Assembly (NCBI RefSeq): GCF_009914755.1
Contig: NC_060925.1
Direction: 5' to 3' (one strand)
Length of the DNA stretch: 64,000 nucleotides
Origin: the human T2T-CHM13v2.0 reference genome, Homo sapiens
Numbering within the stretch: the stretch's first letter is position 1; each line of letters opens with the position of its first letter. Below the pieces are notes generated by a model, which had not been told where the DNA came from, searched no databases, and worked only from the letters and a program-made list of their open reading frames with translations. The position numbers were made by a program, and so were the translations under genes. Positions 32,510 through 45,799 of this stretch are shown here, one piece after another.

Positions 32510-33068
32510 TGTGATAGCTGATGTTGAGTGTCAACCTGATTGGATTGAAGGATGCAAAATATTGTTCCTGGGCATGTCTGTGAGGGTGTTGCCAAAGGAG
32601 ATTAACATTTAAGTCAGTGGATTGGGAGAGGCAGACCCTCCTTCTATCTGGGTGGGCACCATCTAATCAGCTGTCAGCACAGCTAGAATAAAGCAGGCAG
32701 AAGAAGATGGAAGAACAGACTTGCTGAGTCTTCTGGCTTTCATCTTTCTCCTGTGCTGGAAGTATCCTGGTCTCGAACATCAGACTCCAAGTTCTTCAGC
32801 TTTTAGACTCTTGGACTTACACCAGTGATTTTTCAGGGGCTCTCGGGCCTTTGGCCACAGACTGAAGACTGCATTGTTTACTTCCCAACTTTCGAGGTTT
32901 CGGGACTCAGACTGATGCACCACTGGCTTCCTTGCTCCTCAACGTGCAGATGGCCTATCATGGGAATTTATCTTGTAATCATGTGAGTTGATTCTCTTTA
33001 ATAAACCCCCTTTTATATGTACATCTATTCTATCAGTTCTGTCCCTCTAGAGAACCCTGACTAATACA
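32510..33068 (+). mobile_element. MLT2A (HERV-L) solo LTR
   Basis: TGTGAT...GAGTGTCAACCTGATTGGATTGAAGGATGCAAA...CCCTCTAGAGAACCCTGACTAATACA; TSD TATGC/CATGC. Confidence 0.9.
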
Positions 33069-33355
33069 CATGCATACACACATGTGGTCATGCAGACATG
33101 TATACATGCATGCACACATATGTGACCACATGAACATGCATACACATATGTGATCTTTGCCATTGTGGATGGCTAGGATGATTTTTCTCAGGAAAGGTAT
33201 CTGTGTTATTAGAAAAATAGCCCTGGTTCTCATCCTAAAGTCATAAAAATCAGGAGGTAACTCAGTAAAAGGAGACACACACACACACACACGATGTTAT
33301 ATGTATAAGTGATTTAATATTTTATATATATAATCAAATCCTTGAAATTGCCCTT

Positions 33356-33915
33356 TGTATTAATCAGTGTTCTTTATAGAAACAGAATCAAGAGTATATG
33401 TGTGCATGTGCACGCATGTGTGTGTGTGTGTGTATATATATACACATATATATTTAATACGTGTGTGTGTGTGTATATATATATATAGACAGAGAGAGAG
33501 GGAAAGAAGGAGAGAGAGGGAGTTTATTATAAGAAATTGGCTCATGTGATTATGGGGGCTGAAAGTCTCACAATCTGCCATCTGCAGCTGGAGACCCAGG
33601 AAAGACAGTGATGTAGTTGAGAGAACCAAAGTATCGATGGTATAAGACCCAGTCAAGAACAGCACAGGGGGCTGATGTGTCAGCTCAAGCAGTTAGGCAG
33701 AGGGTGAAGTCACCCTTCCTGTGCTTTCTGTTCTATTCGGGTCTCAATGAATCGGATAATGCCCACTCACACGGTGGAGGGCCACCTGCTTTACTCAGTC
33801 TGCTGATTCAAACGCTAATCTCATACAGAAACAGCTTCACAGGCATAACCAGGACCCATGTTTAGTCTGGGCACCTCATGTCTAAGTGAATTTGACACAA
33901 AAATTATCCATCATA
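33356..33915 (-). mobile_element. Older MLT2-family LTR with internal TG/TA/GA microsatellite
   Basis: AAATTGGCTCATGTGATTATGG...GCCATCTGCAGCTGGAGACCCAGGAAAG...TTGACACAAAAATTATCCATCA. Confidence 0.8.
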
Positions 33916-35794
33916 CCCAGAGTTCTTAATCAAAGTTTCAATGACTGAGGCCAGTCCTGGGCAGCTAATGTTCGTCCAATATTGCGTCTAGTTTTACCAT
34001 CCCTTCCGTTTGCCAGAAATAGAAACAGAAAATGTTCTACATGTTTGCACCACCAAATAATGAATAAGCAATCAAATGCCATTTTGATTATTGACCTTCT
34101 AGCTTTTACAAAACACAAAACTTGCACAAATAAAGATACTATTGGAAGCCAAGGAACCTAGAGACACATGTAAATTCTCTTTATCTCTGCTCGATGCGTA
34201 AAGTATTCTTATTTAAGAGTAAATTTCCTCTTGTTTCAGTGAAAGATATTTTTAACTGATATTTTTACCTTCAGCAAACACATAAACGGTGAAAGTTATC
34301 CCAAACATTGCCATTTTCAATTTCCAAAGGAGCTTATGCTAATTTCAGAGGCATCTCTATGGTTTATATGTATATTTAATATATAAGGCAGGTCCTACTA
34401 TCTCTATTTTACAGAAGAAGAAACTGAAGTTGGAAAGATCAACAAGCTTACCTGAAGTCACAGGGCGGGAGAGTAAAGGAGCAGAATTTTCAACCTAAGT
34501 TTATATGATTCTAAAATTTTCCACTACCATGCTACTAAAAGAAATTACTCAACTAGTTCTTCCTGTTCAGGTAAGTCAGTTCAGACTTTGCTAATTCTGA
34601 ATAAAGGGGACAGAAGTTATGATGCTGTAACTATTTGACATAGACTGTGTTAGATTAGAGATGAGAGGCAAAAATCTGACCCTAGTATATTTGCTTTCAT
34701 TGATTCCAATGTCATCTTTAGGTTTTTGTATATTTCTTTCTGATTTTAACATATGATCCTTTATTTTCTTCTTACTTTCCTCCCTTCCTCCTCTCTCTGT
34801 CAAATTGTTTTCCTCTTCCTCCTCTTTTAAAAATTCTCAAAATTTGACTATAAATTGCTTTTTCTTCTTTGCTCCTTTTCACAACTCTTTCATTGCCACA
34901 AGGCATTCAGGTAGAAAAAAAGGCCAAGGTAGTCTGCAGTGGGCTAGCTATTTACCCAATTGACCCACCATATCTTTTACATAAGCAAATAAATTAACAA
35001 GTTATGTAAATAATTTATATTCAAATATTCAGAAATGTCTTAGACATGTTTAACATGCTACCAGTAAACTCCTTTTAGGAGGAGACCACATGCAGCTTTA
35101 GAATAGAAAATAGAAGAAAGGAAAAAAATAAACAAATGAAGGTTTTTCTCTGCAGTCTTTATGCAAGCAACGACTTATTTCTTAAACTCTCCCCTTTGTG
35201 GCTATCACTCAAAGAAAATAAAGAAGAAAAGCTACTGGCTTTCTAGTTTAAATCACAGTCTCATTATTCTGTAGGTGAATGGGGAGGGGGATTGGAATCG
35301 TAGGTCCGAGTGGGCAGTAACTTGAAGTCAATGGAGATATTTACAAAACAGAAGCACAATCACGATCCAGCAGTTCTGGAGCTGCTAACTTTTTCTGCCT
35401 TTTTCTAAATGTCCAATAATAAGGTTCTAATGGAGACTGAAGATCCATCACCTGCTCCACATCTCCAGGGGGCCCATGTGTGCATCGCAGTGCAGATCAT
35501 ACATGCTTCTTTCCCCTCCCATGGCAAGGGGAATACTGAATGATGACAACTCACATGTGTAACCCAAGGGCTTTGCTTGGGTTTGCAAGGACTAGTGCAC
35601 AATACATTCTTTGAGTGTTATAATAACATTAAGTCAATGCACGAATTATAATCCCTATTTCACAAGTACAAAAACACATTCAAAGAAATTAACTTCCTTG
35701 CTCACCAAACAGTTATTGACAAAAATTACAATATTTATGTTTCTTTTGAAAAATATTATAAAGATTCTCAAATTGTCTAACCAATCATATTATC

Positions 35795-36167
35795 CGTATT
35801 TGTCTCTTCTCAAGCTGTTAATAAAGACATACCCAAGACTGGGACATTTATAAAGGAAAAAGGTTTAATTGACTCACAGTTCGGCATGGCTGTGGAGGCC
35901 TCAGGAAACTTACAATCATGGTAGAAGGGGAAGCAAATATGTCCTTTTTCACATGGCGGCAGCAAAGAGAGGTGGGAAAAAGGAGGGAAAAGCCCCTTAT
36001 AAAACCATCAGATCTCATGAAAACTCACTTACTATCAGGAGAACAGCATGGAGGTAACTGCTCCCATGATAAAATCACCTTCCACCAGGTCCCTCCCATG
36101 TCAGGTGGGGATTATGGGAACTACAGCTCAAGATGAGATTTGGGTGGAGACGTAGCCAAACATATCG
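35795..36167 (-). mobile_element. THE1 solo LTR
   Basis: GGAGGCCTCAGGAAACTTACAATCATGG...GAGATTTGGGTGG; exact TSD TTATC. Confidence 0.92.
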
Positions 36168-36184
36168 TTATCTTGATAAGATAT

Positions 36185-36567
36185 TGCTTTGGATTGAATC
36201 GTGTCCCTGCAAAAATCTTATGTATAAAAGTTCTGATCCCTGATGTGACTGTTTTTGAAGACAGGCAGGGCCTTTAGTAGGCACTTAAGGTCAAATTAGG
36301 TCATACGGGTGGGACCTCAGTCTACTAGGACTGGTGGCTTTATACTGAAAGAAAGAGACAGATGTCTCTCCCCTCGACCTCACATGTATAAAGGCCACAT
36401 AAGGAAAAAGCAGCCCAAGCCGGTAAGAGGCCCCAACAGACGCCAAACCCTTCCAGCTTCATGATCTTGGACTTCACTGCCCCCAAAACTGTAAGAGAAT
36501 GAAATTCTGCTGCTTATGCCATCCAGTCTGTGGCATTTAGTTACGCCAGCCTGCACTGGCTAATGCA
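36185..36567 (+). mobile_element. MLT1A-like MaLR solo LTR
   Basis: TG..CA termini, TSD GATAT, ATCTTGGACTTC...AACTGTAAGAGAAT motif. Confidence 0.82.
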
Positions 36568-36654
36568 GATATTCAGAATCAAATGAGTCATCCCAAGCAA
36601 TTTCTCAGTATATACAGCACAGATTTCACCTTCTAAACTCACCCTTGTCTTCGC

Positions 36655-36967
36655 CTTTTTTTTTTTTTTTTTGAGACGGAGTCTCACTCTATCGCCCAGG
36701 CTGGAGTGCAGTGGCGCTATCTCGGCTCACTGCAAGCTCCGCCTCCCGGGTTCACCCCATTCTCCTGCCTGAGCGTCCCGAGTAGCTGGGACTACAGGCG
36801 CCCGCCACCACGCCTGACTAGTTTTTTTTTTTTTAATATTTATATTTTTAGTAGAGATGGGGTTTCACCGTGTTAGCCAGGATGGTCTCAATCTGCTGAC
36901 CTCGTGATCTGCCCGCCTCGGCCTCCCAAAGTGCTGGAACTACAGGCATGAGCCACCACACCTGGCC
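36655..36967 (-). mobile_element. AluY
   Basis: Reverse dimer with diagnostic GCAAGCTCCGCC and CCGTGTTAGCCAGG. Confidence 0.95.
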
Positions 36968-38100
36968 AGTTTTTCTTAATTATTAAATAATCTTTCACTG
37001 ATTTAAGAAATATTTTCATATGGTTCCTATTCAGGCCCAGGCATTGTTTTTTTGTGCTGCAGACAATGTGTTAATAAAAGCTGTCCAGCCTTGTTAGTAC
37101 ATCATGATATTTATATTTGACAAATCCTCTACTTAGATATGTATCACCTCCATAATTTTTTGGAACACATAAATTTTTTGAACCAAATGGAATAAAAAGC
37201 TAGATATATACGTATAATGAATATATTTGAAACTTTGTACTTTGCTTTACAATTTGCAAAAGAACATCATATACAGTGTTGTATTTGAGTCTCCCTTAAG
37301 CCCTATTAAGAAGAAATTTTTCTATTTCTGCTGTTCAGTGAAGAAAATGAGCAAAAAAAGGTGCAGCAACTTCCCAATATCCCATATTTACAAACATAAA
37401 GGAGTGGGACTTTAAGGTAGACTCTTGGTGTCCACGTTTGTGCTCTTTATGCTTCATGACACCAGGTAAAGTGCAATGAGCACAGCAAATGTGCCCCCTC
37501 AGGAGCCAGCTAAGACCTTCCGGGGGCTTCTCCTGGAAGTACAGAGTCTGCGACCCCCATCCTAAATACACAAGCATTGGCATCACTGCCTCACAGTAAA
37601 ACAAAACAAAACAAAACAAACAAACAAAACAACAAAGAAAAAAACAAATACAATCTGTTCAGCAGAGTAATTGTACATAACACAAAAGAACTTCTGGGAA
37701 AAACACGGAAAGGATATTGAAGTCAGAGGCTCAGTCATGTGAAAATAAAAGGTCTTGTTGGGTGCCTAAGTCTTGTCTTTGCTAACAGCTGTTTTCGTGC
37801 AATACCAGTAAACCCAGCCAAAGGCATTCTAGTGAGCAACACAGGAAGACTCCTATACACTTCAATTTTCCAGCAATCCATAAAATTGAAACATAAAAAT
37901 AGGATTCTATTTCCCTTGTTCATTCTATATCTTACCAGAACTTATATTTGCATATGTGTAGAAACTCAAGGTTTACAAAGCATATCCACGGTCTTTATTG
38001 TATTTGATGCTCCACAAAATGTTGCAAGGGACTCAGACAAAGTCTTGTTTGTACTATGTTACAGGTAAGAATGCTGACATGTAGAGGGGCAAGTACTTAC

Positions 38101-38173
38101 CTGATCACGTTGTCTTAGTATGATGAAGCCTCACTTAAACCCATGATCTCATGTCTTCCCTTAAACTGATGCA
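38101..38173 (-). other. Candidate non-coding exon
   Basis: Minus strand: TCTTTATTTTACCTGACTGTATTTCAG acceptor and a perfect CAG|GTAAGTA donor 73 nt later. Confidence 0.4.
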
Positions 38174-39369
38174 CTGAAATACAGTCAGGTAAAATAAAGA
38201 GTTAGGGGCACATTTTAAAATACATTTAAGGTGCATCAAAGATTTAAACCAATCACTTGTAACATCTCTATTTGTCAAACTCATTGGTGATCATTAGCAT
38301 TTAGAGAGACCCAGGAAAATCGCAAGATTCTAAATAATTTTCAAACCATAGTAGAGGATACTTTGTTTACTGTTATTTATGTATTAAATATCTTTTAATA
38401 TACTATAGCTTTATAAGAACAGATAATCCATTTTTGGAATTTGTGTTTTAATTGGCCAAAGAGTTAAATCCATTTTTTCTAGATCCTCTGGATAATTAGG
38501 AATCGGTAGTAAAAAGCAATTGCACTTTTCCAATAAAATAATATGCTCAGTTGTTCAAACCCACATTCTTGATAAAAACAACTAGAAATTCTGCATAAGA
38601 TAGAAGAAAAAGAAGATTTTGGAGCAACAAAGAGCATACAAGATGGTAAGGAATTACAAGACCAAAATCTAAGTGATGTCTTGATCTCAGAAAAGAAAGC
38701 TAAATGTTGAATTCCCTTTGGCCCTTGGAGAATTCATGAAAGCAGTGAATTTGAGCTTCAGTTTTTCAGTCTCTGTGGAGTGATATGGAAGAAGGAAAAA
38801 ATCTCAAGTCCCCAGCAACACGCATGTGATAATAGAAGACTTTCCCCCTATGAAACAAGACCTCCAAAGAGCTATAATTTCACAATAAGCATAAACCAAA
38901 AGTAAACCCACACTACCTCACTCCTGCTTCCATGTGTCGGCAAGGAAGTGTTCGTTGGTGCTAAACAAAGCATGGGGAAAATGCTGCTGTTGCATAAATT
39001 ACAATCTCAAAAACTCAAGCTATAAATTTAGTTTAAAACAGTTCACAATACCTAATAGAAACAAATGTGCAGTTCCTCCTCATCCTGAAAGAATCTCCAC
39101 AATAATATTCCAAGGAAAATAATGCACTCACAGCGTATGTATGTATCACCTATATGATGTATATAGCTGATAGATAAGTACATATGTATCATATATATAT
39201 ATACATATAACCATTACAGAGAACTAGAAGAAATAGTGGAGAAAGAAACAGTTCTACAAAGACCCTAGATTTAAAAATAATCAGAGAAAAATGTTGTAAA
39301 ACAGCTCTTCTCATAACGTCCAAAGCTAGAACACACTTGAAACAATCTCAGCAAAAGAAAGCTGTCAAA

Positions 39370-39732
39370 TATGCAGCCATAAAAAAGGATGAGTTCATGT
39401 CCTTTGTAGGGACATAGATGAAGCTGGAAACCATCATTCTCAGCAAACTATCGCAAGGACAGAAAACCAAACACGGCATGTTCTTACTCATAGGTGGGTA
39501 CTGAACAATGAGAACACTTGGACACAGAAAGGGGAACATCACACACCAGGAGCTGTCGTTGGGTAGGGGGAGGGGGGAGGGATACCATTAGGAGATATAC
39601 CTAATGTAAATGACAAGTTAATGGGTGCAGCACGACAACATGGCACATGTATACATATGTAACAAATCTGCACGTTGTGCACATGTACCCTAGAACTTAA
39701 AGTATAATAATAATAATAATAACAATAATAAT
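39370..39732 (+). mobile_element. 5'-truncated L1PA 3' end
   Basis: L1PA 3'UTR, (TAA)n tail, TSD AAAAGAAAGCTGT(C/T)AAA. Confidence 0.95.
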
Positions 39733-39849
39733 AAAAGAAAGCTGTTAAAAATGACCAGCATAGAATCTCTCTTCCCCACTGTCAGACAACATTTCAGTGG
39801 TCCCTGTAACTATTGCTCTGGTCCTGAATAAAATCTTTCTCGCCATGCT

Positions 39850-40775
39850 TGAAAAAAAAAAAAAACAGAATTGCAAAATATGTCTCTGACAAAGGACTAA
39901 TATCAAGAATCTACAAGGACCTCAAAGAATTCAAGAAGAGAAAAAGAAACAACCCCATTAAAAACTGGGCAAAGGACATGAACAGACATTTTTCAAAAAA
40001 AAAATGCAAGCAGCCAACAAACACAGGAAAAAATGCTCAGAATCACTAATCATTAAAGAAATGCTCATTAAAACCACAATGAGATATCATCTTAGTCAGA
40101 ATGGCTGTTATTAAAAAGTTGAAAAAAGAAAAAAACAGAGGTTGACTTGGATGCAGAGCAAAGAGAGAATGCTTATACACTATTGGTGGGAATATAAATT
40201 AGTTCAAGCTCTATGGAAAACAGTATGAAGATATCTCAAAGAACTGAAAACAGAACTACCCTTTGACCCAGAAATATTCATAACTGGACACCTACCCAAA
40301 GGAAAACAAATCATTATAGGACAATACCATGACAATAGCAAAGTCACGGAACCAACCTAAGTCTAACCTATGGGTCCATCAATAATTGATTGGATAAAGA
40401 AAATGTGATATATATACACATCATGTAATACTACACCACCATAAAAAAGAATGAAATCATGTCCTTTGAAGCAACATGGATGGAGGTGTAGACCATTATT
40501 CTAAGTGAATTAACTCAGAAACAGAAAATAAAATACTGCATATTCTCACATACAAGTGGAAGCTAAACAATTGGTACACATGGGCATAAAGATGGAAATA
40601 ATAGACACTGAGGTTTCCCAAAGGGGAGAGGATGTGAGTGTTGAAAAACTACCTATTAGGTACAATATTCATTATTTGGGTAATGGGTGAACTAGAAGCC
40701 CAATCCCCACCAGTATGCAATATACCCATTTAACAAACATTCACATGGACCCCTTGAATCTAAAATAAAATAAAT
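39850..40775 (+). mobile_element. L1PB-like ORF2 end and 3'UTR
   Basis: GLISRIYKDLKE...[17 protein letters not shown] translation; L1PB-type 3' end. Confidence 0.88.
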
Positions 40776-40779
40776 ATTT

Positions 40780-41800
40780 TTTAAATGACTGGAATGTGTG
40801 AAAAAGGAAACAAAGAACATTTCTAAAATAGAAAGATGCAAAAAATAAATTTTTAAATGCAATGGCTGTTCACTATTTTGTAGTAGCTAAAGTAGGTACT
40901 AGTGAATCCAAAGATCAGTCAGAAGAAATTATGCAGAATGCATCACAGCAAAACAGAGGCAGTGAGACATTTTACCATATTTTTACTTGGATTCCTAAAC
41001 AAAGAGGAGAAAGAACATAGAACAGAGAAAACGTTTGTAAGTAATATTTTAAGATAATGACTGATACCCTACATCAAAAGAAAGCCAACGGGAAGTTCCT
41101 AAATCTATAGAGGGTACACAAACATAAAACTACACTTGAACATGTCATGGCGAGTTGGACGAACCAAAAACAATAGTAAAACCAAAGAACAACCACACAC
41201 ATGCATAAATCCACAAGGTAGTGAATAAAATAGCTTACTTTCAAGGCAGCAGAATGGCATTGACCACTAACTACTCAACAGAAATGATGAAAGACGGATG
41301 CCAGAAGAATGAGATCACCAAAGTGCTAATAAAAAATAATTGCCAACCTAGAATTTCTAGGACCCACTTTTTAAGAGTAGGATGAAATGCAGACATTCTT
41401 GGGCAAACAAAAAAAGAGAGTTTATCTGCAGTATATCCTCAGAAAAGGATGTAATTAAATCAGAGAAAAAGATGAGGATCAAGAAGGTAGGAAACATGCA
41501 AAAATCATGACAAGTAGTTTTTGCCATTAAGAAAAAGATGAAACTAATTAATTCCACAAAACAAGTCAAGAATAACTCGTGAATTAGAGGGAGCAGAAAT
41601 GGAGTTGCCATCTTCAAAGGCACTCGTTTTCAGGAGATGTATACAATTTTTGGAAAAACTTGTATTTGAAAAGTTAAGTATGCATTTTGCAATTTTCAGA
41701 GAGTGAAAGAATAGCAACAAAATACTTATAAACTAGGAAAGGAAAAATCTTGAATAAGAAAATAATCTATACCAAAAAAGCCATATTTAAGTACTATGTT
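40780..41800 (+). mobile_element. Old L1M ORF1-region fragments
   Basis: A-rich sequence with AACCTAGAATTTCTA and similar L1 ORF1 motifs; approximate. Confidence 0.55.
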
Positions 41801-43138
41801 TATTTTGTTAAATTAATTTAAATTTTAAAAAATTATCTTCACTCTATGCAATAATATTTGTGAAATTTTGACTCTGGTGTGTAAATTAACTTGTTTACTG
41901 CATTGAATCCTTTGTCATTTTTGTAATACTTTGATTATCTCCATCTAAATATTCAAACATCACCTCTTAACATAACCAGTGGTACACTTTCCATGATTTA
42001 GATATGGTGGTCTGACTAGCGTTGAAACTTGAGAGAAGCTAGCCTCAATAACAGGACCCAGGGATAACCATCTAGTTCTCCAGCGAAGGGCCTTAAGCCT
42101 TCTGGGGGTCCACATTGTTGGTTACTCACTAATCAAAGATGTACCCGGCCCCTAGTTTTCTCCTCCCTGACTCAAGTTCATGTCATTCAACTCTCTGCCT
42201 GGTTCACGGACTCATGGTATTCTGCCCTACTCCTGCTGCTTGGCTATCCACCAGTTACCAAAAGCTGAAGCTGATGCAACCACGTGAAATTTCTACAAGA
42301 CCCTCCCCTCTTTGGGCTCCCATCACATTATCACTACTGCCAGATGTCATCAGCGTGAGAGAATCAGTGGTGGTCCACAGGAGCATCTTGTTGTCCCTCC
42401 CTAAATGATACCAGCACCACTTTCCTCCCAAAATCAATGCTCCCAACCACAATACCCCCCTTGACTTCACTTGTGTTCCCAGCAAGCCATCAAAACTAGC
42501 ACCAAGGCTCTCTCTAGGAGGCTATAAATATGTATGTTTTCCTTTTTTCTGTCTTTAAATGGTGAGTTAACACAAACAGACCTACGTACACCAGACCCCA
42601 AGGTATCAATCTGGATCCCTTCACAGGATCCTTTTCCATTCACAGAACCAAGAAAAAAAAGCAAACTCTGAAGCCCAGCCCTTCCCTCCTCTATTCCGGA
42701 GCAGGCAGCTGATGGGACGCAAATGGGGCTGCTGAGCTTCAGGGTGGAAATGGAAGCCAGTGCCTTGTGCTCCTTGTGATGTGAAAAGTGTTGCAGCTGC
42801 GCAGAGAAACAAGAGTTTTCACTGGACACAGTGCAAGGAGCAAGCAGGATGCCTTTCATGGACAGAAGCTGCATCTGTCTATACTTCAGCCATTCAATCA
42901 ACAAACATTTCATGATCATCAGTTACTGCTATGAAAGGTAGATGCTGAGGGTAAAACAAGGAACAAGATGAGAATGCCCCACTCCCATATGGCACATGTA
43001 AAAGCATAAAAGTCTATCTGAATCATTTTTGAAACAGAAGGCCCATGACATTGCCTGCTGAGTCCACATTGGCTCTTGTTTGTGGATACCAGCACATATT
43101 AAAATTATCTGAAATATTCAGTTGTGAGCCCCCTCCCC

Positions 43139-43526
43139 TGATATGGTTAGGCTTCACGTCCCCACCCAGATCTCATCTTGAATTGTAATCCCCATAATCC
43201 CCATAATCCCTATTTGTCAAAGGAGAGACCAGGTGGAGGTAATTGAATCATGGGGATGGTTTCCCCCATGCTGTTCTCATGATAGTGAGTGAGTTCTCCC
43301 AAGATCGGATGGTTTTATAAGGGGCTTCTTCCCCTTTGCTTAGCACTTCTCCTTTCTGCCACCTTGTGTAGAAGGTGCCTTGCTTCCCCTTCACCTTCCA
43401 CCATGATTGTAAGTTTCCTGAGGCCTCCCCAGCCGTGCTGAACTGTGAGTCAATTAAATCTCTTTCTTTTATAAATTACCCAGTCTCAGGCAGTTCTTTA
43501 TTACAGTATGAAAATGGACTAATACA
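43139..43526 (+). mobile_element. THE1 (THE1C/D-like) solo LTR
   Basis: TGATATGGTT...CCCCACCCAGATCTCATCTTGAATTGTAAT...GGACTAATACA. Confidence 0.92.
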
Positions 43527-45799
43527 GTGAGAAAAAAAATAGCTCTGGAGGGCTGGGTTACATTCAGGACATGTACTAAATATTTTAATGCATTTTTTTA
43601 GCAAGCACGTAAAATGTCTCCCCCAAGGCTTTAAGCTCTCTTTCTACTTCCCTAAAGGTTTCCCCATCAAAATAGGAAATAAATATTGAAGCTAGAAAAG
43701 GCTTGTCCCCTTCAAAGTAAGTAAGGGCACGCTTCATGACAGGCATATCTTTCTTCAGACAGTGGGGGAGGACACTTAATTCCTTCACCTAAGAAAAAAA
43801 AAGTTACAAAACAGCAACCTATGGAAACAAAAACATGGAATCAATGCATCGCCTGAAATAACTTCTCTGTAGTCCTGAGGGTGGTGTTTTGTTTGGCTTG
43901 TTCTCCTTCCCACCTTTTTATACCCCCCAAGGATCCTTCTCATTCTGTTGTAGCCAGGGCTCCTAGAGAAGGCTGTCAACATTGAAGGGCCCAGATCCCT
44001 TCTACCAGTTTTTCTTGTGCTTCCTATGTGCTTGTAACTGTGAATCTCCTGCTTTTCAAACAACTCTTCTGCCTTTTGTATGGGTATACATTAAAGGGGA
44101 AAATCAGGGCCTCTTCACACTACTCTGGCAAAATCAACCTGAACTGCTGGATTATAGGTCTTGGCATCTGGAGCTGCCTGCTTGAGCCCTGGCAGGTCTG
44201 GAGGCTTGGGGCTCTTTCATTGACTCAGGAAATATTTCTGCTTCCCACCCAGGACTTCTGTTGTCTCTTCCTCCCTTCTCCTGCCCTGCTCTCAGGACTC
44301 TTAGATGTAGCCCAGGTTTGCTTCCACACAGTTGACATTGGCGGTGCACGGTCTTCTCCCCTCTACGCCCTCAGATCTCCACGCCTGTGCCTATGACACG
44401 TGCCACCTGCACCGGTGTTGCCAAGCCTGGCTCCTCATCCGTGGCCACTCCTGCCCCCACAACCTGCCAGTCCTGCCTCCTTTTTGCCTGCCTCCTGCCT
44501 ATCTTTACTTCACTGATTTCTTTGGCTGGAAAATATTTCTACAACTTCCCCTCCCACACTCACCTGGGGCTATGACATTGTTGTGGGCACTGGTTGGGCC
44601 TCGCCCCTGCCACCTAACAAGTACATCCTACAGGCCCAGGAGGGCATTATCTGTGGTTTTGAATTTCTAGTGTCTCGAACTGTACTGGCCCAGAGAGGAC
44701 CTCAAATATGGAAAACTGAAGTGATTGCTTTCTGCACGCGTTACCTATGCACCCATGCATAACTCACACAAACTTACTGAATCTTCATTTACTCTTCTGT
44801 GAAAGGGGAGTAACCAAAGAAATGCACTTTACTAACAACAAGAGGATGGCATAGTTTATCTTTTAAACTGATAAAGATGTTCTGAAATAAGAATCTATGT
44901 TTTCAAGGGTACAGGACTTTGGTAGTTACACCATGACAGTAAAGATGCATATTTTAGGAACTTGGTGGGGGATAATTTGACAATACACATCTACATGTTT
45001 ACATTGTACATACCCTTTGACTGACACTCCACTGTTAGAAATTTGTACTAAGGAAATAATCAGACCTACAACATAAGCACTTAGCTATAGGAATACTGGC
45101 CAAAGAGTTGTTGATCATACTCAAAAATTAGAAACAATCTAAATATGCAATAAGAAATATTTAAAATAAATTATATTGCATTCATCTGATGTAATATTAT
45201 ACAGACATTTAGAAAGCTCTTGTAGTCAAAGGATAAGTAGGTTACCTTTGGCATATTAAATGAGTAAAACTGATACTAAGTTGATATACCCATTGTGATA
45301 TAATTTTCTTTGGTTCTTAAATATTTTTATATACCTAAGGAAAAAGATTAAAAGCTTATGAAACCAAAATATTCACAGTTTAGTTATCACAGTCTAGTGT
45401 GATTATGGGTAATTTTTATTGTTTTAATTTCATATTTTTCTGTTCAAAGTTCCATCGCTTGTTTAATTAAAAAAAACTTTTAAATAATATTATAAAATGA
45501 CCATCACAGAAAAAAATATCATTAGGCAATATTGCCATGACTATAGACCTTTCTCCCTACACTGTTATTCTTACAGTTGGATGCTTTGAATCGGGAAGTG
45601 ATATATCGCCTTGCTTTTCACTGGAGAAGGAAGCGCCAGCCTTTGTGAGCATGTGTATCACAAGCTAACTAGCACGAAGATTGCATAGCTCTTTCTACAT
45701 AAGGCTACTGTTCGCAGAAATTTGGTCCATGGTCTCCAGTCTCTTGGGGTCTCACGCTCTGTGAAAATCTTCGTGTTTTTCCCTAGCCCCCAGAGTCAC

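Noticed and set aside
33069-33520. Periodic CATG/CA/TA/GA arrays
   Set aside because: Ordinary microsatellite and low-complexity sequence; no repeat-spacer architecture
38094-38103. TACTTACCTG identical to the U1 5' end
   Set aside because: No further U1 homology; better explained as a minus-strand consensus splice donor
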